Shown here: piece by piece, positions 50,026 to 60,507 of the stretch | Layout of the letters: every line of letters starts with the position of its first letter | How positions within the stretch are numbered: position 1 is the stretch's first letter | Source: Marsupella aquatica | Taxonomy: Eukaryota > Plantae > Marchantiophyta | Reading direction: 5' to 3' | Assembly (NCBI GenBank): GCA_973895155.1 | Contig: OZ316899.1 | Span: forward strand, 16,457,974 to 16,521,973 | Length of the DNA stretch: 64,000 bases | The notes under the pieces: generated by a model | Told to the model about the DNA's origin: nothing | Seen by the model: the letters and a program-made list of their open reading frames with translations, nothing else | Databases searched by the model: none | Translations under genes and position numbers: made by a program

Positions 50026-50302
50026 TCCTCCCAGCTCGCGGGAGGCCCTTTAACTCCCCCCCGCTCGCGTGATCCTCCCAGCTCGCGGGAGGCCCTTTAA
50101 CTCCCCCCCGCTCGCGTGATCCTCCCAGCTCGCGGGAGGCCCTTTAACTCCCCCCCCCCCGCTCGCTTGCGCTCCTTCAGCTCGCGGAGCCTCATTAATT
50201 GCCCGGGCACGCAGCCCTATGGGCTCGCGAGGCAGCCCCTTCAGCTCGCGGAGCCCCATTAATCGCCCGGGCACGCAGCCCTATGGGCTCGCGAGGCAGC
50301 CC
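50026..50302. repeat. GC-rich tandem arrays in 5' LTR: 3 x 47 bp + 2 x 64 bp
   Basis: Same units as 39329-39652, with one fewer 47-mer. Confidence 0.93.
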
Positions 50303-50954
50303 CTCTTTCTCTCGGACGGCCACTAATGGGACTCGCCCTCCTGAGGAGGGATTTATTTAAAAAAAAACCCCCCCCTCTCCTGACTTTGCAATGGGGGTCT
50401 CAACAATAGCTCTTGAAGCAAAACGGTAAGTCCTATGGGGCTGGTCCTGGCTAGTTTCAAGGTCCCAAAATATTTGCCCACTTAGGTCGCCGCAAATCTT
50501 AGAACTATTATGAGAGAAAGAATATAAAGTCACCTGGGGCATCATCAACCTATAATGACGGAATTAACTAAAAATTAAAAAATGGCTTATTTACATTGAC
50601 TATTAACAAGGTATCGGCCTTTGCAACCAGTTATGTGTGACTTCCCGTGACGGGGTACCCGTCACATTATGTATGGAGTGATTAGTCATTGTAGGCACAT
50701 TTCAGAAGTTTTGTCAATTCTTTGTGACCCTGGTATGATATGGAGCAGGTATTAGGTAGTCTTTTGGGGAGAAAAGCCGCTTAAGCTCCTTGACAAGTGT
50801 TTGACACTCGCTAGTGCCACGTCTCATTGCCCGCAAGTCTCCCCATGCTAAGTCCTCCCTGGATGGCCTATCCAAGCCTGGACCATAAGGGAGCTCATCG
50901 TCGGAGTCAACGACGCCGGAGCTAAGTGTTAAGGTAGTTGAGTTCCGCGACTCA

Positions 50955-53500
50955 TACAAAGCCGCACTTGCTCTCCAACATGACCGCTACTCAACGGTCC
51001 TCACTGTCTGCACAAGCAACCAAGCACCTCGGTAAGTAACCCTTTAGGATCTAGAACCAGTCAAGTCTTGCATCCTAACTCAAGCTCAACTAACATTGGT
51101 AAATAGGTTAGCGATAGGTCCTCCCGATGCCATAAGCCGGAACCAGAACCCACGCCCACTGTTCGTCCAAAACAGCTCCTTCCTTGGGCGCGGCCCAGGT
51201 TCCCCCTTGTACCTATCCATCACCAACTGACCCCAGGACATGTTGGCCCAAATAGTGTAGCTTGTCCTAAAGCTTGTCCGGTGGTCCAGGGGTGGCAAGT
51301 CTCCAAGAGCATATATGAGGGGAGTGGTGCCTCCCTGGAGGCTAAGGGCGAGCCAAAGTCGTGAGCTGCGGTGGTCGCGACACTAAGGAAAAATACCAAA
51401 CGAAAATGACGATAACTTCCCAAAGTTCATTAGAGGATTTCTTTGGTGCGTTGGAAAGCTCTTGAGGAGGGCTACACCCTCTTGAGCTTAGTTGGGTTTG
51501 GGGGTGCCGTAGGTTCTCAAGGTTTGCGGGTGTTATCTCACCCGCTTGCCAAATCCTGCCAAAACAACAGCCAAGCCATGTTCAGTCTCTCAAAGGAGCT
51601 TGCGTTGGGAAGGCAAGGCCAAGTAGGCGTGGAGGTTGACTTCCAAGAGTACTTGGCCCGTAGGGTATCAGTGGGGCGAGAACCAGAAGTTGGTTGCTAA
51701 AGTCGGGGCCATTCTGGTCTCGACGTGTAGGGACAAGCTTTGGGACAAGCTACGCTATTTGGGCCATGAGCATGTCCTGGGGGTAGGGTAGTCAATTGGT
51801 GATGGATAGGTACAAGGGGGAACCTGGGCTACTTCCAAGGAAGGAGTTGTTCTAGACAAAGAGTGGGCGTTGGTTCTGGTTCCGGCTTATGGTATCAGGA
51901 CCAATTGCTGACCTACTTACCAATGTTTGTTGAGCTTGAGTTAGGATGCTAGACTTGGGAGATCTAGACCCCAAAGGGTTACTTACCAAGACACTTGGTT
52001 GCTTGTGCAAACAGTGAGGGCCGTTGAGCAACAATTGAGTTGGAGAGCAAGTGCGGCTTTGTATGGGAGGGGCCGCTGGTGGTAAAAAGGGGTACTAGGT
52101 TGCTTGCTCGATGGATTCCGTGGAGGCGTTTGGTCTCTAGGGGCACTTAGGTATGAGTGTTGGGATTGGTTTGAGGGCGTGTCACGTCATCAGCCTTGAC
52201 CTTAACTCGGGCTTCAGCTTAAACGGGCACATCCTTCGTAAATATGAGGGTTTGGGCAGGGAGGGAAGAACGTAATGCACCTAATTCACGTAAACTAGCG
52301 CTAAGTGCGCCTACATATAGACATCTCCTAGGTATGGTTTGTGTTCCGCCGCCGAAACGTACCTTAGTCGATAACAGGATTGACCCCGGCTTAAGGACTT
52401 TTAAGCCTTCATGTTATCCGCCTTCGATCCGGTTTCAATGATACAGGTCCTCAACCCGTGCTCACAACCACATACCCGCAAGCTGCACCCCGTGCACGAC
52501 TCGGGTAGTGCGTTCGGCCCGGCGTTGTCACCTATACACGAGATTCACACACACATACATGCGCACAAGCATACAATCTCGATTTACACGAAGGAAATTA
52601 GGGAAAGGATTTTACTACATAGGGGACATATGCGTACACTTGGTTGACCCGACAGCTCCAGAATGAACAGGTTCAAGGCCGAGGGAGTACACTACAACGG
52701 AGCCCGGCTCCGCACTCGCCCGACGAGCTTAGTCCCACTCCCTCCCCTTGGTACTCTTCCACTCTCAGAGGTTGGGACTCCCCGCGCATACCACGGATGT
52801 CCAACTCTGAGACTAAAAACCCCCCTGCCTCTACCGAGGGGTGCACTAAATACTAAGGGCCGGGGAACAGATGGCTCTCTCGTACTCGCGTTCGATTTTG
52901 TATCGGCACGGGTTGGCGTGTTTCAATGAGTCGGCCAAGTGTCTTCCGGTAGATATGAACTGCGTCCAGAATTGAATGGCCAAACTGGAGAGGATCGTGT
53001 GCGACATTCAGAGGAGATAGTAGTGGCAACTAAGAGAGAACGAGAGAGCTGGGGTTCAAGCTGGCGCGTGGACTGATGGACTGGTGCACTACAAAGGGTC
53101 GGCTCCCTTTTTATACCTTGAGGGCTTGTCGATCCCCCGACATCTCCTTGTTGCCTATAGGCTGAACCGTTCACGCTTGTAGTGTACCGGCCACTCCGCC
53201 GGTCTGAGTCACCGCGTGTCAATGGACGCCTCCCAAAGTTTGTTATACGGACCCGAGGGAGGGCCCCCCCCCACGCTCGTAACTCGGGCATGCGAATGGC
53301 GACGCGCCGCCAGCCCGAACATGAATTCCCCTTATTGACTAATGATTTCCTACTCATAATGGCTACCTAAATACTGTCGTTATGCTAATCATAGCGGCCT
53401 AAGATACCCCTAATGCGTGTGCTAAGCACGGTTTAGACCGAATTACTCATTACTCGCCGTACCGGCGGCTTCACAGGGCGCTGGGTGGCAAGGTCCACCA
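50955..53500. repeat. Two family X LTR fragments in opposite orientation (50955-51279 minus; 51280-52179 + 53476-53500 plus)
   Basis: Both match 31627-32520; orientation flips at 51279/51280; the plus copy ends ...GGTCCACCA at 53500. Confidence 0.85.
52180..53475 (-). mobile_element. Solo LTR, family Z (1296 bp)
   Basis: TGTCAC...TTCACA termini, TSD GGGCG (52175-52179 / 53476-53480), TATA-like GTATAAAAAGG on minus near 53110; the X LTR resumes after it. Confidence 0.9.
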
Positions 53501-53759
53501 TTGAGAGGCAGCACTGGTATGCTTGTAAGCAAAATAGGATGGGCGAAAGGAATCTGAAAATTCTGTTGTAAGGCTAGGTTGTGTAGCAGAGGATAGCACA
53601 CGCTCATTTGATGCTATGAGCATCAAATGGCAAGCCATAGAAAGAGAGAGGTAGAGATGCTAAACTGTCAGTGGTGCTTGGACTAGGATGGGTTGCACAT
53701 GACCAATAGGTTGAGAAGGACCAGCAGAGGCAAGTGACTTGCCTTTGATGTTGGCAAGT

Positions 53760-55076
53760 TGAGCATGTAAGGATTCAATTTCATGAGTCAAAGACTATAG
53801 TTGAGTTGTCTGTGTGTTGTGAGCCTTCTTCTGAGCTGGTTGCTTCTATTGTTGCTTGGGCGGTCTGTTGGCACCGAGTGCTTTGCCACTAGAAGGAGGA
53901 GCAACTGATGTAATAGGAGCCCTCCTAGCTGGTGGGGGAGTGGCAGAATGAGGGGCCTGCTGTTGTAGCTGCTTCATCTCTCGGAATTTGGCAAAACCCA
54001 CTGCCTCCAAGTGGGCCCACTTTCCTACAAAAATCACAAGACAAGTTCTTGGCAACAATGTCACATTCATTAGCCTTGTGATTAGGGTTACCACAATAGT
54101 TGCAAGATGGTAGCATGAAAGTAGTTGTATGTGCTGGCTTGGGCTTGGAACCATATTGTGGTGCACGGGAAGGAGTGGCGAGTGGAGGGGCAGCAGCCTG
54201 ATACCTGGATCATGATGGACGTACAATACAGGCCTCATAATGTGCATGGGCCAACTCTAGTATCTCAGCAGTGTTGTACACATGGAGCAATGTGTAGCTG
54301 TCTCCAAACACTAAAAATACTTGCTGCAACACTTGTGAATGGAGAGCTGGTGTGCCCTCCAATGCACAAAGATAGCGATGAGCAGCCTCCGAGTCAATGA
54401 TGCTCTGGGTGTCCACCTTCAGCTTGAGAAGCCAGCGGTACATCATCTTCAATGTTTCATCGTGCTGCCTTACAAAGGTGGCCAACTGCATGATTTTGTT
54501 AGCACTCTTGATTGGGAATTCCAATTCAAGAACCTGGACAAACTCAACCACTAGATCAGCAAAGGCAGGGAAATCAATGGTGGGAGAAATGTTAGATGTA
54601 GCCTGTGCCAATACAATGAGAGTAACTGGCGCAGTGGTAGGAACTGGAGTAGGAGAGGAAGTGGCAGAAGCAGCAACATGGGCTGCAATGGCATTCTGTA
54701 ATGCCAGTTATGAGGCAACCACAATTGCACTAGCATAGGCAGGGTTAGGCAATTGTGTGACAGCAAGCAGCTATTGAGTTTTCTCATACCAAAGCCTCAT
54801 GGTGCACATACCTGGCTAGCTGCTTAAATGCAAATGTATTTGTGAAATTTTTGCCGTACTTCAACTCTAATTTGTAAATGATAGTGTAGAAAGTGGATTT
54901 GAACTCAAGCAAAGAAACAGTGTCTGGCCGCCCGCTGAAGCACTCAATGCGGCCAAATGAGTGGCTGGCATCCATGCTGTATGTTGGTGAAGTAGGGACA
55001 ACCAGTGATGAAGATGGACTCGTAGAGGGCAAAGAAGTAATAGCAAACTTTGGGGTAGTGGTGAAGCGACTGCCAA
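53760..55076 (-). pseudogene. Decayed gag of a further LTR retrotransposon family
   Basis: FGRIECFSGRPDTVSLLEFK.., FVRQHDETLKMMY.., knuckles CNYCGNPNHKANEC / CDFCRKVG; PBS-like TGGTGCC near 55155-55161 on minus, next to a possible LTR end. Confidence 0.65.
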
Positions 55077-55550
55077 ATGTAGTAGAAGGATTGCGTGGTG
55101 TGGGTGCTATTGTTGTCTGTTGACGTCATTGAAATTGCCAACAAAATGAAATTGGCACCAACGATTGTGGATCACTTCGCAAGTGGTACTTGGGTGTTGG
55201 TGGCGATGAGTTGTGTGATGCCTTGCTAGGATCACGAAGTACTTAGTTTAGCCTAAAATAATGGCTAAATAGTATAAGGTAGGAATAAAGACCGAAGCCG
55301 ATTGCAACGTGTTATGAGGAGGATTGCGATAAGGTAAGATCCAACGGTCACGATTGAGCGGGATTAGGGTAAAGACCTAATCCGGGCTTGATTAGGCAAG
55401 CCATCAAAAGGCGGGTTCATAGGGAGGGAACCGACACTCTGTACACTTGCTCATTTGCTTGTTTGATCAACCTAGGACCGCGGAAATAGTTGCCGATTGA
55501 TCAAGGGAGGTGGTTAGGGAATTGTTCAAGCTCCTTTTTCTTTTGGTGGA

Positions 55551-58500
55551 ATGACCACGGTGAATCAAGCGGCTAAGTTCTGGGGCTGTTTGCTTGAAGA
55601 AGCACGGCAGCTCATACCAACTTACGAAGACGTCGAGCCGGAACGAGTAGCAAGGGAACGGGTAAAGCTTGCGCGGTTACAGGGAATTCATAAGACGGTG
55701 TTTGTGGGAACGGAGGAGGTACTTGAGAAATTTGTATGGATTCCCACCAGTGCCGAGCTTGACAAGTTGCTGATCAGAGAGAATTGAGTCGTTGGAATTC
55801 GGGAGGCGATTAAGAACGCTGGACAGCCGGTGTGGGAGTTGAAGGGTCACACTTTGGCTTGGACCAAGGAAGCCATTCTTGGAGAGTTCTCAAGAATTGA
55901 AGAGATAATGCGTAAAGGTAGTTTGGCGTCTGCAACACCAGCTAAGCAGAATCGATCGGAGAGGCAGGCCAAAGCTGAAGCCGTGCCAGTTCGTGATAGG
56001 GCAATGGAGGATAAGTTTATGACGGGTTGGGCGGATAAGCTACCTGCCGACTTACAACTATAGTTCGCACAAGAAGAAGATGAGGTCTTCTGTGCTATCT
56101 AGGATAACAAGTATTCTGGATACATGAACGACACCGACTTAGAGGGATTCATTTGGTTACCATGGCGGTTAATTGACATACCAGACAAAGATCTGTTAGA
56201 CTTTGTAGGATGCTGGGAGGCTTCTTCTAACACGACACTGATGTATGGAAAGGTGGTGGAATTAATGCCAGCACTAATTGAAGCCGTCTTTGCTCTTCCA
56301 CAAGGGAATAAACTAAGGTGGAGCAGCGAAAGACTTTGCCGGATAATCAATTCCGATCATTTCCAGGGCCCTCTACTAAGAATGGGTTCTTTAGAAATCA
56401 ATGCACTAATCCACATGTGGGGCAGTTGATTGATTTCTTACGAGTCACGCTACACTATACATTGCCGAGAGCAGAGATCGGCAAAGCCCAGGTATTTTTG
56501 GTGGAGAATATCGATTCAAGCCGAGACTACAATGGCTATCTTTTAATGCAGTTAAAGAAGGCATTGAATGAAGAGAAGCAGAGTATTGGGGAAGGAGCGG
56601 TATCCAAAATAGGGTACCATCTGCAATTACCTTGCCGATATGCAAGAAGCCAGTCTTTTGCACCCGTTTTACCACTACAGGAGAGGATGGCGATTACAGC
56701 ACGGGTGGAGGAGGAGGACGAGCAGCCCCTGAACAAGCGACAGCAAGAGAAGAGGTCGGAAACACCGGCAGTCCAGGGACGGGAGAATAGGCCGGAGTGG
56801 TGGACATATGATGTGGTGAGAAATCCATTGCGACGGCCTACTCGTAATAACCCATATGCAGGTATTCAACTGGTAGAGAGGAAAATGACTGCCAAAGAAA
56901 GAAAGAAATGAGATGAGCAAATGGATTTGGAGTCAGAAGATGGAAGTCGAGGCCGTAGTCAAGAGAGGCCAGTCCTTAGAGTTTCTAGTCGGGCCCGAGT
57001 AGAGGAACCGGTGGAGGTAAATCAACTAGTGGCAGCCCAACAATACTCAGTGGAGGAGATTGGGGGCTTTACAGAAGAGGCCGACATGCTCGGTAGTCAG
57101 GTTAATGTGGATGACTACGACGAGGATTATGTCGATCATGGGGAGAGACCGGTGCCAGGAGTGAGAACGTTGGGAAGGTTTTGTAGAAGACTTCCCTTAG
57201 TCTTTTATGGCAAGCCAGAGGATCAGAAAACCCCAGAGTCTCCTCCACCGGACGTGACACCATTGGAATTTGACCAAATGAAGGAAGCCGAGGCAGGTCT
57301 GAAGGAGAAAATTGACAAGTGGAGGGCCCCAAATGACATACAAGAACAGCAGCTACCAGGCGGTGATTGGCCGGAGGAAATAAAACGGCTTAGTGAGAAG
57401 CAAGCCGCGCCTCTCACTGACTTTGATCAGTTACGAGCAGAAGCTTGGGAGAAACGGCCTCGTTGGCAGATGCTAGTATCACCTGGCAGGTCAAAATATG
57501 CGACGGATCGGGCTAGGGAGAGTGGAGACATGTGTGGACTGCTAGCCTTAGAAATCTTTGGCAATGAGTTAGAATCCAGACCATTTCTTAGAAAGGAAAT
57601 GGCTGACCAAACAAGGTTGGAGGAGGCAATGACGTTGGAGCGATTAAAGAAAGAAGAGGTAATCGCTTGGCTTTGCTCCATGGAAGCCGAAGTTGCTAAG
57701 ACAAAGTTTGATCAACAAGCTCAGCAGGATCTCTTGGCTAAGCAGCAGGAATTGGAGGTGGCGAACAACCAAGTGGAAAACTACGAATTGGATAACCAGC
57801 AGATCAAGGAAAAATTGACAAAGGTAGAGCTGGAGTTAGCCGATTCAAAAGTAGAGGTACAGGGTCTAAATCGCCAAGTCAAGAGGCTCAGAAAGACGGC
57901 AAAGGACCAGGCCACCCAGAGCGAGAAAGCCTTGGGAGAAGCCCAAAGGAAGTATGACAAGTTACTCGACCGGTTGGAGGCCATGCAAGAGAAGCACGAG
58001 GACGCCACGTGCACTGCGGCCAATGATCACCTGAGCCGAGTTCAACAGATATGCAAGGAGCTACAGGAGGAGATAACCCGGACAAAGCAGGCATGGACGG
58101 ATGAGGTCACAAAGCTGGAAAGCATCAACGATTCCTAGAGAGCCGCTTTGGATAAGCAGGAGTTTGAGATTGTGCAGATCTTAAACGAGGAGCTCAAGAC
58201 GGCCAAAGAGGAGGCGCATCGGCTCAATGAGGAAGTTGAGGATTTATCCCAAGAGCTGGAGGAGGCCAAAGACAAGATGATCGGCTTGTAGAGGCGTGCA
58301 AATAATCAAATAGAGAAGTTGTGGAAGTATGCCGAAGCCGGGCACGGATCACCAACTGGACAATCTCCCGCTAGTGGCGTGGTAGCCGGGAATACTGAAG
58401 TGCCAAAGTCAACATCTATATTGTCAAGAGTAACTGGGGGTAAGGTAATGCAGTTGGTAGCAGATCTGGCCAAAACATTCATGGGGCCAGCAGGTACTGC

Positions 58501-58843
58501 TGGGGTACCTCTCAAGGCCACTCTAGAGGAGGTTGAGAGTATGGTTGCTCACATTTGTGGGACTGTTGCTATGAAGGCAGCCATGGTAGAGATAAGTAAT
58601 GCCGATGAACTTGGAGCTGCGGTAATAGGTTCAGACACCGGTACAGCCACCATGGACTACCAGAATGTGAAGCCATGGAAGATCGATACCAAACGGATTG
58701 GAGAGCAGGCTTGGATTGAGGAAGTAAAGGCCAACGCTATCCAAGCCGTTTCCCAAGAAGATGCTGCTGCCGCTGCCGATGCCGGGGCCGATAAATCAGA
58801 ACCCGAGGTCGAGGAAGCCGAAGGAAGATCAAGCCGGAGCTGA
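55551..58843 (+). pseudogene. Decayed ~1090-codon retrotransposon accessory ORF with long coiled coil
   Basis: ORF pieces 55551-55787, 55830-56063, 56124-56429, 56318-56911, 56921-58138 and 58319-58843 are collinear, separated by single stops and about one frameshift. The VELMPALIEAVFALPQG motif resembles Gypsy extra-ORF proteins. Confidence 0.65.
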
Positions 58844-59984
58844 TGGCAGGAGAAGGTGCAGAGTTGGAAGATTCAGGCTTACCGCCGGTCATCTAACAAT
58901 TAAGGAGGGCCAGTCATCAGTTGGAGGGAGGACGTGGCGATAGGAGGAGGGCTTGGGCCAGAAGGGCGCGGCCGTTGTAGGATGGGACAGGGCAAGTAGC
59001 GCCTTGTCGGCTTAGGTAGTATTAGATGCTCGGTTCCCACAAGGTTCCGGGTTAAGTCAAATTATGTTAGGTGTTAGTTAATTAGTTGGATTTTCGCGGT
59101 GGAAGGCCATGATTTGTGGTTCAGATTTCCGTCAGTTCCCCTGGACGCGCTGCAAGGATAAAAACCTGGGTAGCGTGACTCGAGGGGCTTTTTCTTAGTT
59201 AAGACTCTAGTGTAAAGTCAGTATCACTAGCATAACCTCTCGGCTAAATCTAGACCGCGGATTATCAGTAAACCACAATTTCCATTTCTGTGCAATTGTT
59301 TGAATTGAGTTGGCCTTGTTGCCTAGTTTGTAGATTCTTGCAGTCATGGCATTGTGTGTTGTGATACTTGTCGCTTGATCGATTTGAGTCAGATAGAGCG
59401 ACTGCGAAGCTATACAATCGCATTGTCTTGATGGGAAAGAAATTGACAAGAAAAGGAGTGGCAGCCCCAAGGCTAGGAAATGAAACCCACAAAGGAAACA
59501 AACTATGCAAGGCAGAAATGTGTAGAATGTGTAAGCACGGAGAAACCATCAAAGTCAAAAAACCGTCAAAGAAAAAGGGCCCTTAAAAAATTGTGGCCCC
59601 GTCATGCTGTATACATTGGCGATGCCAGATTGTCATCTGATGTATATACTTGGGGCTTGTAGCCCGATGCAACTGACCAATAGCCACCAAGTCTACAAGT
59701 AGGGGTGCCGCGGTGAAAGGAAAGGAATAAGGAGGAAAATGGGCCCCTAAAACATAAAGCCCCCCCCCCCCTTAAGTATATACATCGGGCCCTAATGTGG
59801 ACCCAAAGTTGACAGCAAGCCAAGAAACTGAGGGCACGTCAAAAGGGAAAAGAAAACCAGGTGGGGACCGACAACCAAGCGGGTGTGTATGCACACTCGG
59901 GGCACGGTGCGCTATGCTGCAGGGCAAATAAAAGCAAAAGTGAGGCGAGGCAAAAAAGAAAAGGGTGAGGCAAGGAAAAAGAAA

Positions 59985-60420
59985 CGGGCCACTAATGGGC
60001 TCAAGCCCTACATAGGGCTTTGCGCCCCCCCTCCTTATATGCTCCCAAAAAGAGGGAGGCTACGAACTCCCCCCTCCTTTCCTTCAATGTCATTTGGGCC
60101 TCTTGCCCTAGCAGGAGGACTCCCAAGAAGGGAGTAGACTTAACTCCCCTCCTTGAATGCCTGATTGTACTCCCCCCTCCTCTTAACGCAGCATAGGGCC
60201 TCGTGCCCTCTCCTTGGGCTCGTGCTTTGGCTCCCCCTCCCCCTGCTTTAATGCTGTTGAATGGGCTTTGTGCCCTGCAAGAGGGCTCTTGAAGGGAGTC
60301 TACGTCGTTAACTCCCCCTCCCCATCGTTAATGCACCGTGGGCCTCCCAAGAAGGGAGTCAAATGTACTCCCTTCCCATCCTCTTAATTTGCCATAGGGC
60401 CTTGTGCCCTCCGTCCTCTC
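59985..60420. repeat. Degenerate GC-rich tandem repeats
   Basis: Recurrent (TTA)ACTCCCCCTC, GGGCCT(C/T)..TGCCC and AAGGGAGT motifs; shares GGCCACTAATGGG and TTAACTCCCC with the LTR arrays at 39329-39690. Confidence 0.6.
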
Positions 60421-60507
60421 TTGCTTGTGCTTGACACGGCAGGAAGAAAGAAAGAAATGACGGGAAAGGGGAAAAATGGGCGCTCGGCCCTATGCACTCG
60501 AGAGGTA

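Larger units (their letters stand above)
35938..50666 (-). mobile_element. Intact, very young non-chromovirus (Athila-like) Ty3/Gypsy LTR retrotransposon, 14.7 kb, with ~4-kb gene-containing LTRs
   Basis: TSD TTATG (35933-35937 / 50667-50671), TG..CA termini, near-identical LTRs, tRNA-Asp-like PBS, PPT, uninterrupted 2132-aa gag-pol; no chromodomain and no second (archaeal-type) RNase H apparent. Confidence 0.96.
46635..50666 (-). repeat. 5' LTR (4032 bp)
   Basis: Direct repeat of 35938-40016; I see 2 substitutions and one 47-bp repeat-unit difference. Confidence 0.95.
32938..50806 (+). mobile_element. Solo LTR, family Y (~3.1 kb: 32938-35937 + 50672-50806), split by the intact Gypsy
   Basis: TG...CA termini, TSD CTCGC (32933-32937 / 50807-50811), TATA-like GTATATAAGG near 35230, homologous to 62599-64000. 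Confidence 0.85.
24416..50954 (-). mobile_element. Decayed family X chromovirus (5' LTR 31627-32937 + 50812-~50954, PBS, gag-pol; 3' end deleted), host of nested insertions
   Basis: PBS TGGTATCAGAGC at 31611-31622; gag, CFTCGAMGHQSKDC knuckle, LVDTG protease, VFIDDILIYS RT, WTDASDYAIG RNase H, integrase. Integrase is fused at ~24451 to the last ~35 bp of an LTR. The 5' LTR is split by a solo LTR with TSD CTCGC. Confidence 0.85.

Noticed and set aside
35938-50666. 4-kb duplication as assembly artefact or segmental duplication
   Set aside because: Boundaries coincide exactly with TG..CA, TSD, PBS and PPT, and the copies differ slightly.
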